Position numbers and translations under genes: made by a program. Shown piece after piece: positions 17,158-26,251 of a stretch of DNA of 64,000 bases (positions are counted from its first letter, which is position 1; each line of letters begins with the position of its first letter). The stretch is from contig OY762926.1 in NCBI GenBank assembly GCA_963666735.1, positions 768,001 to 832,000 of the forward strand. The letters are read 5' to 3'. Under the pieces are notes generated by a model, which had not been told where the DNA came from, made no database searches, and saw nothing but the letters and a program-made list of their open reading frames with translations. This DNA comes from Gemmatimonadota bacterium. Lineage in GTDB: Bacteria > Gemmatimonadota > Gemmatimonadetes > Palauibacterales > Palauibacteraceae.

Positions 17158-18566
17158 CGCTTTTCTCCCCGCCCCGCGCTCCGCCGGTTCCGGGCGAAGA
17201 AGGGCATCCGTTTCGAAAAGTCCACCGGCATGGCCCGGCGGACCTCGGTCATCACCTCGAGCGTCACTTCGGTGTCCCCGCGCTCGCGCGCGAACTTTTC
17301 CACCCGCTGCGCCACCACGCCGCGCACGAAGCTGGGGATGGCGTTGAGCCGTGCGTCGGCTTCGCGGCTCCACGGGAGCTTCTGCTCTGCCGCCGAGCCG
17401 TACGTGACCGGCTGGCGCGGCTCGATCGCCTGCGCGATGCCGGGGGCCGGCTCGTAGGCGCAGGAAGGATCGGGACCGAGCAGGTCTCCGTCCACCGCAT
17501 AGGCGCGGGCGCGACAGCCGCCGCACAGCGCCCGATACTCGCAGCGTCCGCACTTCCCGCCCGGTTCGCCGTCCCGCAGCAGACGGAAGACGGTCGCCTC
17601 GCGCCAGATCTCGCCGAACGAGGCATCGGAAAGATCGCCGGCCACCTCCGGCATGTACGGGCACGGCGTCACCTTGCCCTCGGGCGTGATGCGGCAGTAC
17701 TGGACACCGCAGGGGCAGCGCGTGCGGTAGTTGAGGAGCGGCGAGGCCGGATCCCGTTCGTACACGTGCCGCATGAGTTGCGGCTGGCACTTGGAGCGGA
17801 TCATGAGCCGGCCCCGGTATTCGCGCTGGAGTTCGGCGAGCCGGGCCACGAGCTCGTCGTTCTCCTCGGGCTCGAGGCCGCGCATTCCCGCTCCCCTCCC
17901 CGTCTCGACGAGAAAATAGACGTTGAGGCAGACGGCGCCCTTCGCGTCCGCCCAGGCCGCGATGGCATCGAGTTCGTCCCGGTTTCCGCGCGTCACGCTG
18001 AACTGGATGAGGAAGTCGAGCCGATGCTCCCGGAGGCGGCCGACCGCGGCGAGGGTGTCTTCGAGAGCGCCCTCTCCGTGCCGGAAGCGGTCGTGATAGC
18101 GCGGGTTGAGGGAGTCCACGCTGAGCGCCACGCCCTGCACCCCGGCCGCCTTCAAGGAGGTGATGCGCTCGTCCGTGAGGCCGGTGCCGTTCGTGCCGAC
18201 CGTCACCGTCGCGCCGCGCTCGGAGGCGTAGGCCGCGATCTCCTCGAGATCGGAGCGCACCAGCGGCTCTCCTCCGCTGAGGATGAGAAGCGGCGACGAA
18301 CTCACTTCGAGGATCTGATCGATTACGCGGAAACAGGCCGCGGTATCGAGTTCGTTCGCGGCCGCGTGCCAGGACCCCGCCGAAATGTAGCAGTGGGCGC
18401 AGGCGAGGTTGCAGCGGCGCGTGAGGTTCCAGGCGACGACGTGAGGGATGGCGACATCGGGGTCGGCGCCCGGAGACGCGGCGGCGGGGGCGCCGTCCAG
18501 GAGCGACCCGGGCACGGCGGGGGTCCGGTGCGCGACAGCTCCCGCGGCCAGCGGGGCCCCGGTCAC
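17154..18566 (-). CDS. Radical SAM/SPASM enzyme (AhbC/AhbD/NirJ-like) with C-terminal PCP_red-like domain
   Basis: WNLTRRCNLACAHC, SGGEP, SPASM CPCG..C..PCP..CGRCEYRALCGGCRARA..DPSC, C-terminal WSREADARLNAIPSFVRG. Confidence 0.88.
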   Translation of the reverse strand: MTGAPLAAGAVAHRTPAVPGSLLDGAPAAASPGADPDVAIPHVVAWNLTRRCNLACAHCYISAGSWHAAANELDTAACFRVIDQILEVSSSPLLILSGGEPLVRSDLEEIAAYASERGATVTVGTNGTGLTDERITSLKAAGVQGVALSVDSLNPRYHDRFRHGEGALEDTLAAVGRLREHRLDFLIQFSVTRGNRDELDAIAAWADAKGAVCLNVYFLVETGRGAGMRGLEPEENDELVARLAELQREYRGRLMIRSKCQPQLMRHVYERDPASPLLNYRTRCPCGVQYCRITPEGKVTPCPYMPEVAGDLSDASFGEIWREATVFRLLRDGEPGGKCGRCEYRALCGGCRARAYAVDGDLLGPDPSCAYEPAPGIAQAIEPRQPVTYGSAAEQKLPWSREADARLNAIPSFVRGVVAQRVEKFARERGDTEVTLEVMTEVRRAMPVDFSKRMPFFARNRRSAGRGEKR

Positions 18567-20824
18567 TTCGCGCGCGATCCCTGCTCCGAAGCGGGACCCG
18601 CTTTCGCCCCTGCTTCCCCCGCATCCCCCTGCTCCGCTCCCGACTCGTCTCCCAGTTCCGTGCGCGCGAACTGCTCGACGGCGGCGCGGGCGTCGTCGGG
18701 CGAGACCATCTTGAAGTCGACGGGACAGTCCTCCGCCTGTTGTTCGATGTCGCGGATCGGACAGCGCGTCACGCCGGAGGCCTTCGCTTCCTCGATGAAA
18801 CGCTTCATCTCCTCGCTCATCCCGTCGACGCCGGCGGCCTCGGCCCGTGCCTGCTTCGCCTTCAACTCGTTGAACATCACGAGCATCGTGTCGAGGTCGA
18901 ACTCGTCGGCCGCGATCATCGCGTCCTTGTTCTCGTCCATCACGAGCGTGGTCACGCGCCACATGCCCTGGTCGCGGGCAAAGCGCTCCACCGTATTCCG
19001 GGCGAGGGGCCGCGCGATGAGCGGCACGCGGCCCAGGCGGTCAAATGCCTCGTGCGTCCAGACGATCGGGTCGGCGGCCGTGCGGTCGCGAGGGATCTGG
19101 TTGTCCGTCACCGGGCACTTCGCCATCACGGGGAGCGGGGCCTCGAAGGCGTCGGCGTCGCTCGTCTCCACGACGGTCCGCTTCATCGCCTCGCCCGCCT
19201 TCACCTCGGCGAGGGCGAGTTCCTCCGCATCGCCGATGCCCATCACGAGCTGCATGTGGGTCGGGAGGAGCTTCTTGATCGCCTCGTCGAGACGTTCGTT
19301 CGTCACGACGGGCAGCTGGTCGCGGTTCCAGAGTTCCGCCTTCTCGCCGTTCCCGCGGCCGTTACCGGCCTGTCCGACCTCGGCGATCGAGGGGGCGGCC
19401 CCGGTCTCGAGCGCTTCGCGCGCCACCTGCGCCGTGCCGTTGGTCGCGGTCTCGGGTGCCCGGTACTTCTTCTCGTCCTTCGGGTTCGGCACGAAGGCGG
19501 CCGCGTAACGGCTGCCGGGTCCGTAGTGTTCGAGGACGAACTCCTCGACGGCCTTGCGCGCGATCCCGAGCGCGAACGGCGGCACGCGCAGGATCCTCAC
19601 CTCCGCCTCGGGCGCCCACTCGAGCCCGGCCTCCCCGTCCTCTTCGATCCAGGGGATCTCCTCCGGCCGCACCTGCTCGGTCCCGATGAGGAGCACGTTC
19701 GCGTCGGAGAGGTGGACGAGGTTGTCGGCCTGCGACCCCAGATCGGTGCCCTCGATGCGGTGCGAGCCGTGGCGGGCCACGACGATGAGGGAGGGATCGA
19801 TCTCTTCGGCCCACTTGAGGAGGGCGTCGAACGGCTTCCCGATGAGGACCTGCGTCTCGATTTCGACTTCTGGGTATTCGCTCGCCATCACCTCGGCCCG
19901 CTTGATGTTCGCCTTGCAGAGGCGGAGAAGGCCCTTGTCGATGATGTTGTTATGGAGTTCTTCCTGTTCCTCGAACTTGAACACCTTCGAGGCCTGGACC
20001 GAGAGCACGTCCTTGATGTTGTGGAAGACGACGTGGTGGTACTGCACGTCGAACGCGCTCGCGATGTAGACTTTGGCCCCGTATTCGCGGGCCATGTCGA
20101 GCGCGATGCGCAGCCCCTTGTAGGCGTAGGCGGAGCCGTCCACGCCCACGAGCCACTTGCCGCCTTCGAGCGTCCGGTCGTTGCGGATGATGAGCGCGTC
20201 CTTCTCGATCCCGCGCAACGCACGCGCGACCACGCCGCCGAGGCGGCTCCGCTCCTGCCGTCCGAGACCGTGGGCGCCGATCGTCACGAGGTCGTAATCG
20301 CGCCCGGAGGTGCCCGCGAGCTTGTCCTCCTGTTCCTCATCCTCGGCCACCAGGCGGCCGCCCTCGCCCAGCTTGACGTCCGTCCGCTGCTTTTCGCTGC
20401 CGTCGTAGTTGTGGGCGATGTTCGGATCGAAGCCGATGAGGCTCGGGAGACGTCCGCCGCCGCGGTTCGCCTCGTTGATGATCTCCTCGTAGTTGATGCC
20501 CTCGAGGAGCTGCCGCGTGACGGTCACTCCGGCTTCGGCACAGCGGCGGTGGAGCTGGTCCAGGAAGCTGTCGGAGATGAGCTGCAGCCCCTTCTCGATC
20601 AGCTTGTCGTGGATCTTCCGCTGCCTGCGGATCTCGGCCGGTTCCTGGAACTGGGCCGGAAGCCCGATCTCGAGCTGGCGGAACCGGATGTCGTGGAGGC
20701 GCGCGGCGTAGACGTGGGAGCCGGTGACGCGGCCCCCGAAGCGAGCGCAGAGTTCGATGGCGCGGTCGACGGCCCAGTCCGACTCGCGCGAGTTATCGAC
20801 CGGGACAAATACCTCTCGATACAT
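18563..20824 (-). CDS. Tandem universal stress protein domains + two PCP_red-like domains
   Basis: VFVPVDNS..GAHG..LGGV and LVGVDGS..ARHG..LGSQA USP motifs, then WAPEAEVRILRVPPF and WTHEAFDRLGRVPLIAR. Confidence 0.85.
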   Translation of the reverse strand: MYREVFVPVDNSRESDWAVDRAIELCARFGGRVTGSHVYAARLHDIRFRQLEIGLPAQFQEPAEIRRQRKIHDKLIEKGLQLISDSFLDQLHRRCAEAGVTVTRQLLEGINYEEIINEANRGGGRLPSLIGFDPNIAHNYDGSEKQRTDVKLGEGGRLVAEDEEQEDKLAGTSGRDYDLVTIGAHGLGRQERSRLGGVVARALRGIEKDALIIRNDRTLEGGKWLVGVDGSAYAYKGLRIALDMAREYGAKVYIASAFDVQYHHVVFHNIKDVLSVQASKVFKFEEQEELHNNIIDKGLLRLCKANIKRAEVMASEYPEVEIETQVLIGKPFDALLKWAEEIDPSLIVVARHGSHRIEGTDLGSQADNLVHLSDANVLLIGTEQVRPEEIPWIEEDGEAGLEWAPEAEVRILRVPPFALGIARKAVEEFVLEHYGPGSRYAAAFVPNPKDEKKYRAPETATNGTAQVAREALETGAAPSIAEVGQAGNGRGNGEKAELWNRDQLPVVTNERLDEAIKKLLPTHMQLVMGIGDAEELALAEVKAGEAMKRTVVETSDADAFEAPLPVMAKCPVTDNQIPRDRTAADPIVWTHEAFDRLGRVPLIARPLARNTVERFARDQGMWRVTTLVMDENKDAMIAADEFDLDTMLVMFNELKAKQARAEAAGVDGMSEEMKRFIEEAKASGVTRCPIRDIEQQAEDCPVDFKMVSPDDARAAVEQFARTELGDESGAEQGDAGEAGAKAGPASEQGSRAK

Positions 20825-21038
20825 GGCGCTCCGTTGGACGGCGTACTGCGGCCGGTTTTACGCTGCTCGCCCCAGCCTCGCCCGGGTGCGAAGCCCGGAT
20901 GTACGCAGTCCGCGCAGATCGGCCACGGACGAGGAATTCGGCGACGCTGGTCCAAGGTTGTCGAGGCTTCCGAAAGGTCCGGGGCCCCGCTTATGCGCCA
21001 AGAAGTTGCGGCTGCCCACGGGGAAAGTCAAACGCCCT

Positions 21039-21746
21039 CTAGGGAGTCCGCGGCCAACGGAGGCGGCGGCTCCAATCCGCGGCGAAAATCGCGGCCCCGA
21101 AGGTGAAGCCGGCCGCGACGAGAAGGCTGCGGAGCCAGACGGAAGCGTCTATCGGAATCCCGCTTGCGCCTGCCGAGAGGGCCGCCTGAAGCGGGGTGTA
21201 CGGATTCCACTCGGCGGCGAGGGAGGCCCAGCCCGGAGCCGGGGTCCGGAAGAAGCCGGCGAAGTGCAGGAGAAGGAGGGAGAGCGCGGCCGAGGCGAGG
21301 GCCGCTTCCGCGAGCGAGCGCACCGCTGCCGCCACGAGCGGGCCGAGGAGGTTCGCGAACCACAGCGTGGCGAGGACGGACGGGAGGACGACGGATCCCG
21401 CCCCGAGACCATCGGCCGACCACAGGAGGATGAGGACCGCGGGCGCGAGTTGGAGCGCGTCGATCGTCATGCCCGCGAGGGTGCGCTCGAGGAGCCAGCG
21501 GGGCGCGGAGTAACCGGCGCGGAGGATCTCATCGAGCCAGCCGTCGCGGGCGTCGCGCACGGCGGGGATGGCTGAGCCGAAGGCTCCGAAGAAGACGATG
21601 AAGACGCCGAACACGGCGACCCGGTGCGGCGCCGCGGCCGCGCTGAGGGCGACGGGCGTCAGGAGGAGGAGCGGGACCGCCACGTTCCACAGGAACAACC
21701 GCCGACGCCGGAGGGCCGTGCGCCATGCCAGCCGCCAGATCGTCAC
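21039..21746 (-). CDS. ABC-2-type exporter permease
   Basis: ~6 TM segments, RDARDGWLD and WNPYT motifs, GTG overlaps the ATPase stop. Confidence 0.75.
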   Translation of the reverse strand: MTIWRLAWRTALRRRRLFLWNVAVPLLLLTPVALSAAAAPHRVAVFGVFIVFFGAFGSAIPAVRDARDGWLDEILRAGYSAPRWLLERTLAGMTIDALQLAPAVLILLWSADGLGAGSVVLPSVLATLWFANLLGPLVAAAVRSLAEAALASAALSLLLLHFAGFFRTPAPGWASLAAEWNPYTPLQAALSAGASGIPIDASVWLRSLLVAAGFTFGAAIFAADWSRRLRWPRTP

Positions 21747-22690
21747 CGGCCCTCCTCTTCCAGGCGGCGGCCCGTCAGCGCCACGAACACGTCCGCGAGT
21801 CCGGGTTTCCGGATGTCGACGGAAGCCACGGGAACGCCGCCGCGCAGGATCCAGGCCAGCGTCTCGGGCAGGGCTCGGCTCGGATCCCGGACTTCGAGGG
21901 TGACCGTGCTCTCGTCCCCCGTCGAGGTACGTACGCCTTCCGGGGCGGGGCCGAGGGTGTCCGGGTCGGGACTCAGCCCCGCGGCGAACCGGATCTCGAC
22001 GCGGGGACGGGCGCCGACGCGCTCGAGGAGGCGGGCCGGGGTGTCCGCCACCGCACAGCGTCCGTCGACGATGAACGCGACGCGGTCGCACTGGGACGCG
22101 GCGAAGTCCGGATCATGGGCGGAGAGCACCGCGGTCCCCCCTGCGGCGCGGTGGCCGGCGAGCGCGTCGGCGAGGGCGGCCCGGCCGCCGGGGTCCAGCC
22201 CGGCCAACGGCTCGTCGAGGAGGAGGAGCGGGGCCGCGGTTGCGAACGCCGCCGCGAGGGCGAGCCGCCGCCGCATGCCGCTCGAGTAGGTGCCGGCGGG
22301 GCGGTCCGCGTCGACGTCCAGCCCGAAGCGCCCGAGCCAGGCGTCCGCCGCGGCGCGCGCTTGCCCGGACCGGGCGCCGTGGAGTTCGAGCAGGACGACC
22401 GCATTCTCGCGCCCGCTGAGCCAGGTGCGGAAAGCGGGCTGGTCGGGGGCAAGCCAGCGCCGTCCGGCGTCATCGACCCGAGGGTCCCGGCGGATTCCCG
22501 GGACATCGTCGCCGCCCAGGAGGCGCAGGAAGGTGGATTTTCCCGATCCGTTCGGGCCGAGGAGCGCCAGGCGTTCCCCCTCCCGGACGTCGAGCGAGAG
22601 GTCCCGGAGGGCGGGACTACCATCGGGATAGTCGTAGGCGAGGGCTTCCGCCGTTACGAGCGGCGGCTCCGGCCGCGGGCCGGGGTTCAC
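21743..22690 (-). CDS. ABC transporter ATP-binding protein (exporter type)
   Basis: GPNGSGKST, YSSGM, LLLLDEP, C-terminal PGLADVF. Confidence 0.9.
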   Translation of the reverse strand: MNPGPRPEPPLVTAEALAYDYPDGSPALRDLSLDVREGERLALLGPNGSGKSTFLRLLGGDDVPGIRRDPRVDDAGRRWLAPDQPAFRTWLSGRENAVVLLELHGARSGQARAAADAWLGRFGLDVDADRPAGTYSSGMRRRLALAAAFATAAPLLLLDEPLAGLDPGGRAALADALAGHRAAGGTAVLSAHDPDFAASQCDRVAFIVDGRCAVADTPARLLERVGARPRVEIRFAAGLSPDPDTLGPAPEGVRTSTGDESTVTLEVRDPSRALPETLAWILRGGVPVASVDIRKPGLADVFVALTGRRLEEEGR

Positions 22691-22986
22691 GGGACGATCT
22701 CGACCCCGTCTTCGCTGACGGTGATCGCATCGACCGGACAGGACGCACACGCCTCGATGAAACGCTTCCGCGAGGCATGTTCCGGTCCGGTGAACACCGC
22801 CACCCCATCCTCGTCGAGGTCGAAGGCCTCCGGTGCTTCCTCGATGCAGTCCCCGAAGCCGACGCACAGGTCGCGGTCGATGACGGCTCGGAGTCCGTGG
22901 ACTTCCCTTTCCATCAACGGGTCCGGAGCCCGCGCCGCTTCTCCGGCTTCTCCCGCATCTCCCATCCGTCCGCCACCGTCCGTCAC
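22687..22986 (-). CDS. Single-cluster ferredoxin (probably 3Fe-4S)
   Basis: IDRDLCVGFGDC...CASCPVDAI. Start uncertain. Confidence 0.85.
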   Translation of the reverse strand: MTDGGGRMGDAGEAGEAARAPDPLMEREVHGLRAVIDRDLCVGFGDCIEEAPEAFDLDEDGVAVFTGPEHASRKRFIEACASCPVDAITVSEDGVEIVP

Positions 22987-22992
22987 CGGCGG

Positions 22993-23436
22993 TTACATGC
23001 CTTCCAGTCCGAGATCGGACCGGGCACGGTCCATGACGGCGGGCGTCATCTCCTCGATCCCGCGCTCCCGGGCGTATTCGTTGTAGATCTTCTTCACCAT
23101 GCCCCGCACGAAGGAGGGCACCTGACCGAGCCGCTCCACCGCGTCCACGCTCCAGCGTACGGGGCCGGGGTTCGTCAACGGGGGCGCGGGCAGGGCCTCG
23201 TCGCGCGCCTGTTCCACGCCGGCGCGGATGCCCTCGAAGTTCTCGTCGGGCACGGTCCGGCCTCCCACCTTCACGCCGAGCGAGCTCACGAGTTGGGTCT
23301 CCATGGGGTTGGCGAGCATCGCGGTCTTGCGCCCGCAGGCGGGACACCTGAATACGGCGGCCATCGTGCCGTCTCCCGGCACGGCCCGCTCGTCGAAGGC
23401 CATCTGCCGGTCGCAATCGACGCAGAGGAACTTCAT
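22993..23436 (-). CDS. Zn-ribbon/rubredoxin-like + PCP_red-like domain protein
   Basis: MKFLCVDC...FRCPACG, C-terminal WSVDAVERLGQVPSFVRGMVKK. ATG overlaps the Mrp stop. Confidence 0.82.
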   Translation of the reverse strand: MKFLCVDCDRQMAFDERAVPGDGTMAAVFRCPACGRKTAMLANPMETQLVSSLGVKVGGRTVPDENFEGIRAGVEQARDEALPAPPLTNPGPVRWSVDAVERLGQVPSFVRGMVKKIYNEYARERGIEEMTPAVMDRARSDLGLEGM

Positions 23437-24323
23437 GGCGCCCCGGACCCCGCGCGAAGGGCGTCGGCCATCTGCCGCAGGGCCTCCGCCGCCCCCCCCC
23501 CGCCGGCCAGCCACCCTTCGAGCCGCCCCTCGTCGGCTGCGGCTCCCAACGCCGCGTCGAAGGGGAGGCGTGCGAGCAGGGGCGTCCGAAAGCGGCGCGC
23601 CAACTCGGCTCCGGCGTCTCCGGCGTGCAGCGGGGCGAGGGCTCCGCAGGCATCGCAGCGAACCCCCGCGAGGTTCTCCACGAGTCCCAGGATGGGGAGG
23701 TCGCGCCGCCGGGTGAGATCGAGCGAACGGGCTACGGCATCGCGGGAGGCCGCGCTCGGGATCGTGACCGCGACGATGCCCGCCAGTCCGGGGACGAGCG
23801 CGTGAAGTTCGGCGAGCCGCTGGGTGCCCGGCGGCAGGTCGACGAGGAGCACGTCCAGCTCTCCCCAGGCGACATCCGAAAGAAATTCGCGCAGGGCCCC
23901 GCGTTCCTGGGCGCCCCGCCACACGAAACCGGCGTCGGCGGGCTCACGCCAGGTGAGGGCGCGGCCGGACTCCACGAGGAGCGCCATCGACATGACGCGA
24001 ACCCCGGCCCGTGAGGAGGGTGGCGCAAATCCGTCCGGGGATTCGGCGAGGATCCCCGGCTCGATGCCGAGAAGGCGCGGTACGCTGGGGCCGTTCAGGT
24101 CCGCGTCGATCAGACCCACGCGATCCCCGCGGCGGGCAAACGCCGTCGCCAGGAGAGCGGAAACGAGACTCTTCCCCACTCCGCCCTTGCCGCTCATCAC
24201 CGCGATCACGCGCGCCACGGAGGCGAGGCGCACGGACACGCGCTCGTCCCCGGCCGCGATCTGATCGGGGAGATCGGAGCGCAGTTCGTCCACTTCGTGG
24301 TAGGTGCGGAATCCGGAGTTCAT
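23433..24323 (-). CDS. Mrp/NBP35/ApbC-family P-loop ATPase (Fe-S carrier)
   Basis: SGKGGVGKS, DADLNGP, VDLPPGT, ENL..RCDACG. Confidence 0.9.
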   Translation of the reverse strand: MNSGFRTYHEVDELRSDLPDQIAAGDERVSVRLASVARVIAVMSGKGGVGKSLVSALLATAFARRGDRVGLIDADLNGPSVPRLLGIEPGILAESPDGFAPPSSRAGVRVMSMALLVESGRALTWREPADAGFVWRGAQERGALREFLSDVAWGELDVLLVDLPPGTQRLAELHALVPGLAGIVAVTIPSAASRDAVARSLDLTRRRDLPILGLVENLAGVRCDACGALAPLHAGDAGAELARRFRTPLLARLPFDAALGAAADEGRLEGWLAGGGGAAEALRQMADALRAGSGAP

Positions 24324-24451
24324 CGGGGATGGAAGCTCCCACCGGGCCGGGAGAGGGTCAACAGGCGCCGTAGACGAAGTTTCGGCGGGCTTCCCGCCAT
24401 CGTACGATGTTCGGGAGGGTGGCCGTAGTCCATCGTGAATCGGAACGTCCC

Positions 24452-24679
24452 ATGTCGATCATCGGGTTTCACCGTTTCCTCATCGCAACCGCTATCGTCT
24501 TCTGCGCCGTCTTCGCCGCGTGGGAGTTCAGGATCTTCGCGAGCGCCGGCGGCTTCGGAGCGCTCGCGATCGGCGTGATCTTCGCGTTCGCGGCGGCGGC
24601 GCTGGCCTACTATCTCGCCAACCTGACCAGGTTCCTGAGCGGCACGTCGCACGACTCTCCATGGCGCCGGGGGCGGTGA
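24452..24679 (+). CDS. Small 2-TM membrane protein
   Basis: MSIIGFHRFLIATAIVFC..., two hydrophobic helices, stop overlaps the next GTG. Confidence 0.65.
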   Translation: MSIIGFHRFLIATAIVFCAVFAAWEFRIFASAGGFGALAIGVIFAFAAAALAYYLANLTRFLSGTSHDSPWRRGR

Positions 24680-25305
24680 GGCGCGAGGAACGGGTGGGCG
24701 GAGGCCGGCCGGTTGCGCTGTACGTCGCGGGCGCCGTGTTCCTGCTCATCATCGCCGTCGTCGTGGCCGGCTCGTTCGTGAGACCCGATCCCCTGACCTT
24801 CGTCCCCACGCCCGCCGCCCCGCAGTCTCCCATGGACGGGTTCGTGGTGGACACCGTGACGATCGATGCGCGGGACGGCTCGCGGTGGGTCCACTTCGAT
24901 TTCGACAAGGGGAGCGCGGTCGATGGACCGCTCGCCGGATGGGATCTCGCGCTCAACCGGTACCACGTCGTCGTTAACGGCGGGACCGGCTACCCGGGAG
25001 CCGGCGGGGCCATCGCCACCACTACGCCGTGGGAGGCCGTGACCGAGGCCCCCGCGTCCGGTTACGCGACGACGGAGGGGGCGCTGGAGGATGGCCCGGC
25101 GACGCCCGGACTCGAACGCTGGTATCAGTACGGGTTCTTCTCGCACCTTCTCGAACCGAAGGATGAGACGTACGTGATCCGGACGGCGGAGGGGCGCTAC
25201 GCGAAGTTGAGGATCCTGAGCTACTACTGCCCGCAGGCGACGCCCGGGTGCGTGACCCTCATGTACGGATATCAGGGGGACGGCTCGCGCCGCCTCACGG
25301 GCTGA
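24676..25305 (+). CDS. HmuY-family heme-binding protein (N-terminal anchor)
   Basis: WVHFDF, GWDLA, WYQY, YVIRTAEGRYAKLRILSYY motifs typical of HmuY. Confidence 0.8.
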   Translation: MRREERVGGGRPVALYVAGAVFLLIIAVVVAGSFVRPDPLTFVPTPAAPQSPMDGFVVDTVTIDARDGSRWVHFDFDKGSAVDGPLAGWDLALNRYHVVVNGGTGYPGAGGAIATTTPWEAVTEAPASGYATTEGALEDGPATPGLERWYQYGFFSHLLEPKDETYVIRTAEGRYAKLRILSYYCPQATPGCVTLMYGYQGDGSRRLTG

Positions 25306-26251
25306 ACCCGCGGGCGCGGTCGACGAGTTCGGCCGCGCCGGCCGCCAGCATGCGGCGTGCGAGGCGAAGGCCCACGTCTTCCGCCTCCGGGGCCGGGCCC
25401 TCCGCGGCATCGGCGACGGGCGCGCCACCCTCCACGTCGTAGACGGCCGCGCGCAGGCGGAGATCCTGCCCCTCCACCGACGCCCGGGCCGCAATCGGCA
25501 CGCGGCAGCCGCCTTCGAGCGCCGCGAGGAGTCCTCGTTCGGCGGTGACCTCGGCTCGGGCGACTGGATCGTCCAGCGCCCGGACGCGCGCGCCCACGCC
25601 GTCTTCAGCGGCGCGACACTGCACCGCGAGCGCACCCTGACCGGGGGCGGGCAGCCAGCCCTCGTTCATGGCGAACGCGCCGGCGGGCCACAGGCCCAGG
25701 CGCCGCAGCCCGGCCGCCGCCAGAACGAGGGCCTCGAAACGCCCCTCCTCCAGCTTTCGGAGCCGCGTGTCCACGTTGCCCCGGACCGGCCGGGGCTCGA
25801 GATCGGCCCGCGTCGCGCGCACCTGCGCCGCGCGGCGCAGCGATGACGTGCCCACGCGCGCGCCGGCGGGCAACCGCCGCAAGATCTCCGGTCCGCCGCC
25901 TTCCGCCACGGTGGAGACCCGGGAGTCCCGGACCACGAGCGCGTCGCGGGGGTCTTCGCGGAGCGGGATGGCGGCCAGCGAGAGTCCGGCGGGCGAGTCG
26001 ACCGGGAGGTCCTTGAGCGAGTGGACGGCGATGTCGATGCGGCCCCTTCGAAGGGCGCGCTCGAGGTCCTCCGTGAACAGGCCCTTGGCGCCGATGGCCG
26101 GGAGCGGCGTGTGAGGGTCGCGGTCTCCGCCGGTCGAAATGAAGCGGTAGTCGACGGAAAGACCGGGCCAGCGTTCCTCCAGCCGGTCTCCCACCCACGT
26201 CGCCTGCGCCCGGGAGAGCGGCGACCGCCGGGCCCCGATGACAAACTTCAA
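25295..26251 (-). CDS. hemC: Hydroxymethylbilane synthase
   Basis: KGLFT, AVHSLKD, GTSSLRR, RGNVDTRL, GGCRVP. TTG start. Confidence 0.95.
   Translation of the reverse strand: MKFVIGARRSPLSRAQATWVGDRLEERWPGLSVDYRFISTGGDRDPHTPLPAIGAKGLFTEDLERALRRGRIDIAVHSLKDLPVDSPAGLSLAAIPLREDPRDALVVRDSRVSTVAEGGGPEILRRLPAGARVGTSSLRRAAQVRATRADLEPRPVRGNVDTRLRKLEEGRFEALVLAAAGLRRLGLWPAGAFAMNEGWLPAPGQGALAVQCRAAEDGVGARVRALDDPVARAEVTAERGLLAALEGGCRVPIAARASVEGQDLRLRAAVYDVEGGAPVADAAEGPAPEAEDVGLRLARRMLAAGAAELVDRARGFSP

Noticed and set aside
17154..23436. Photosynthesis or chlorophyll genes suggested by the PCP_red-like domains
   Set aside because: Only the small C-terminal domain is present. There are no BchN/BchB catalytic domains or other bch/puf genes.
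12213..23922. Apparent long N-terminal extensions in the ORF track (e.g. the 1074-aa bd-like, 786-aa cytochrome and 636-aa ABC ORFs)
   Set aside because: Off-frame read-through of upstream genes. True starts sit at ATGA/GTGA overlaps.
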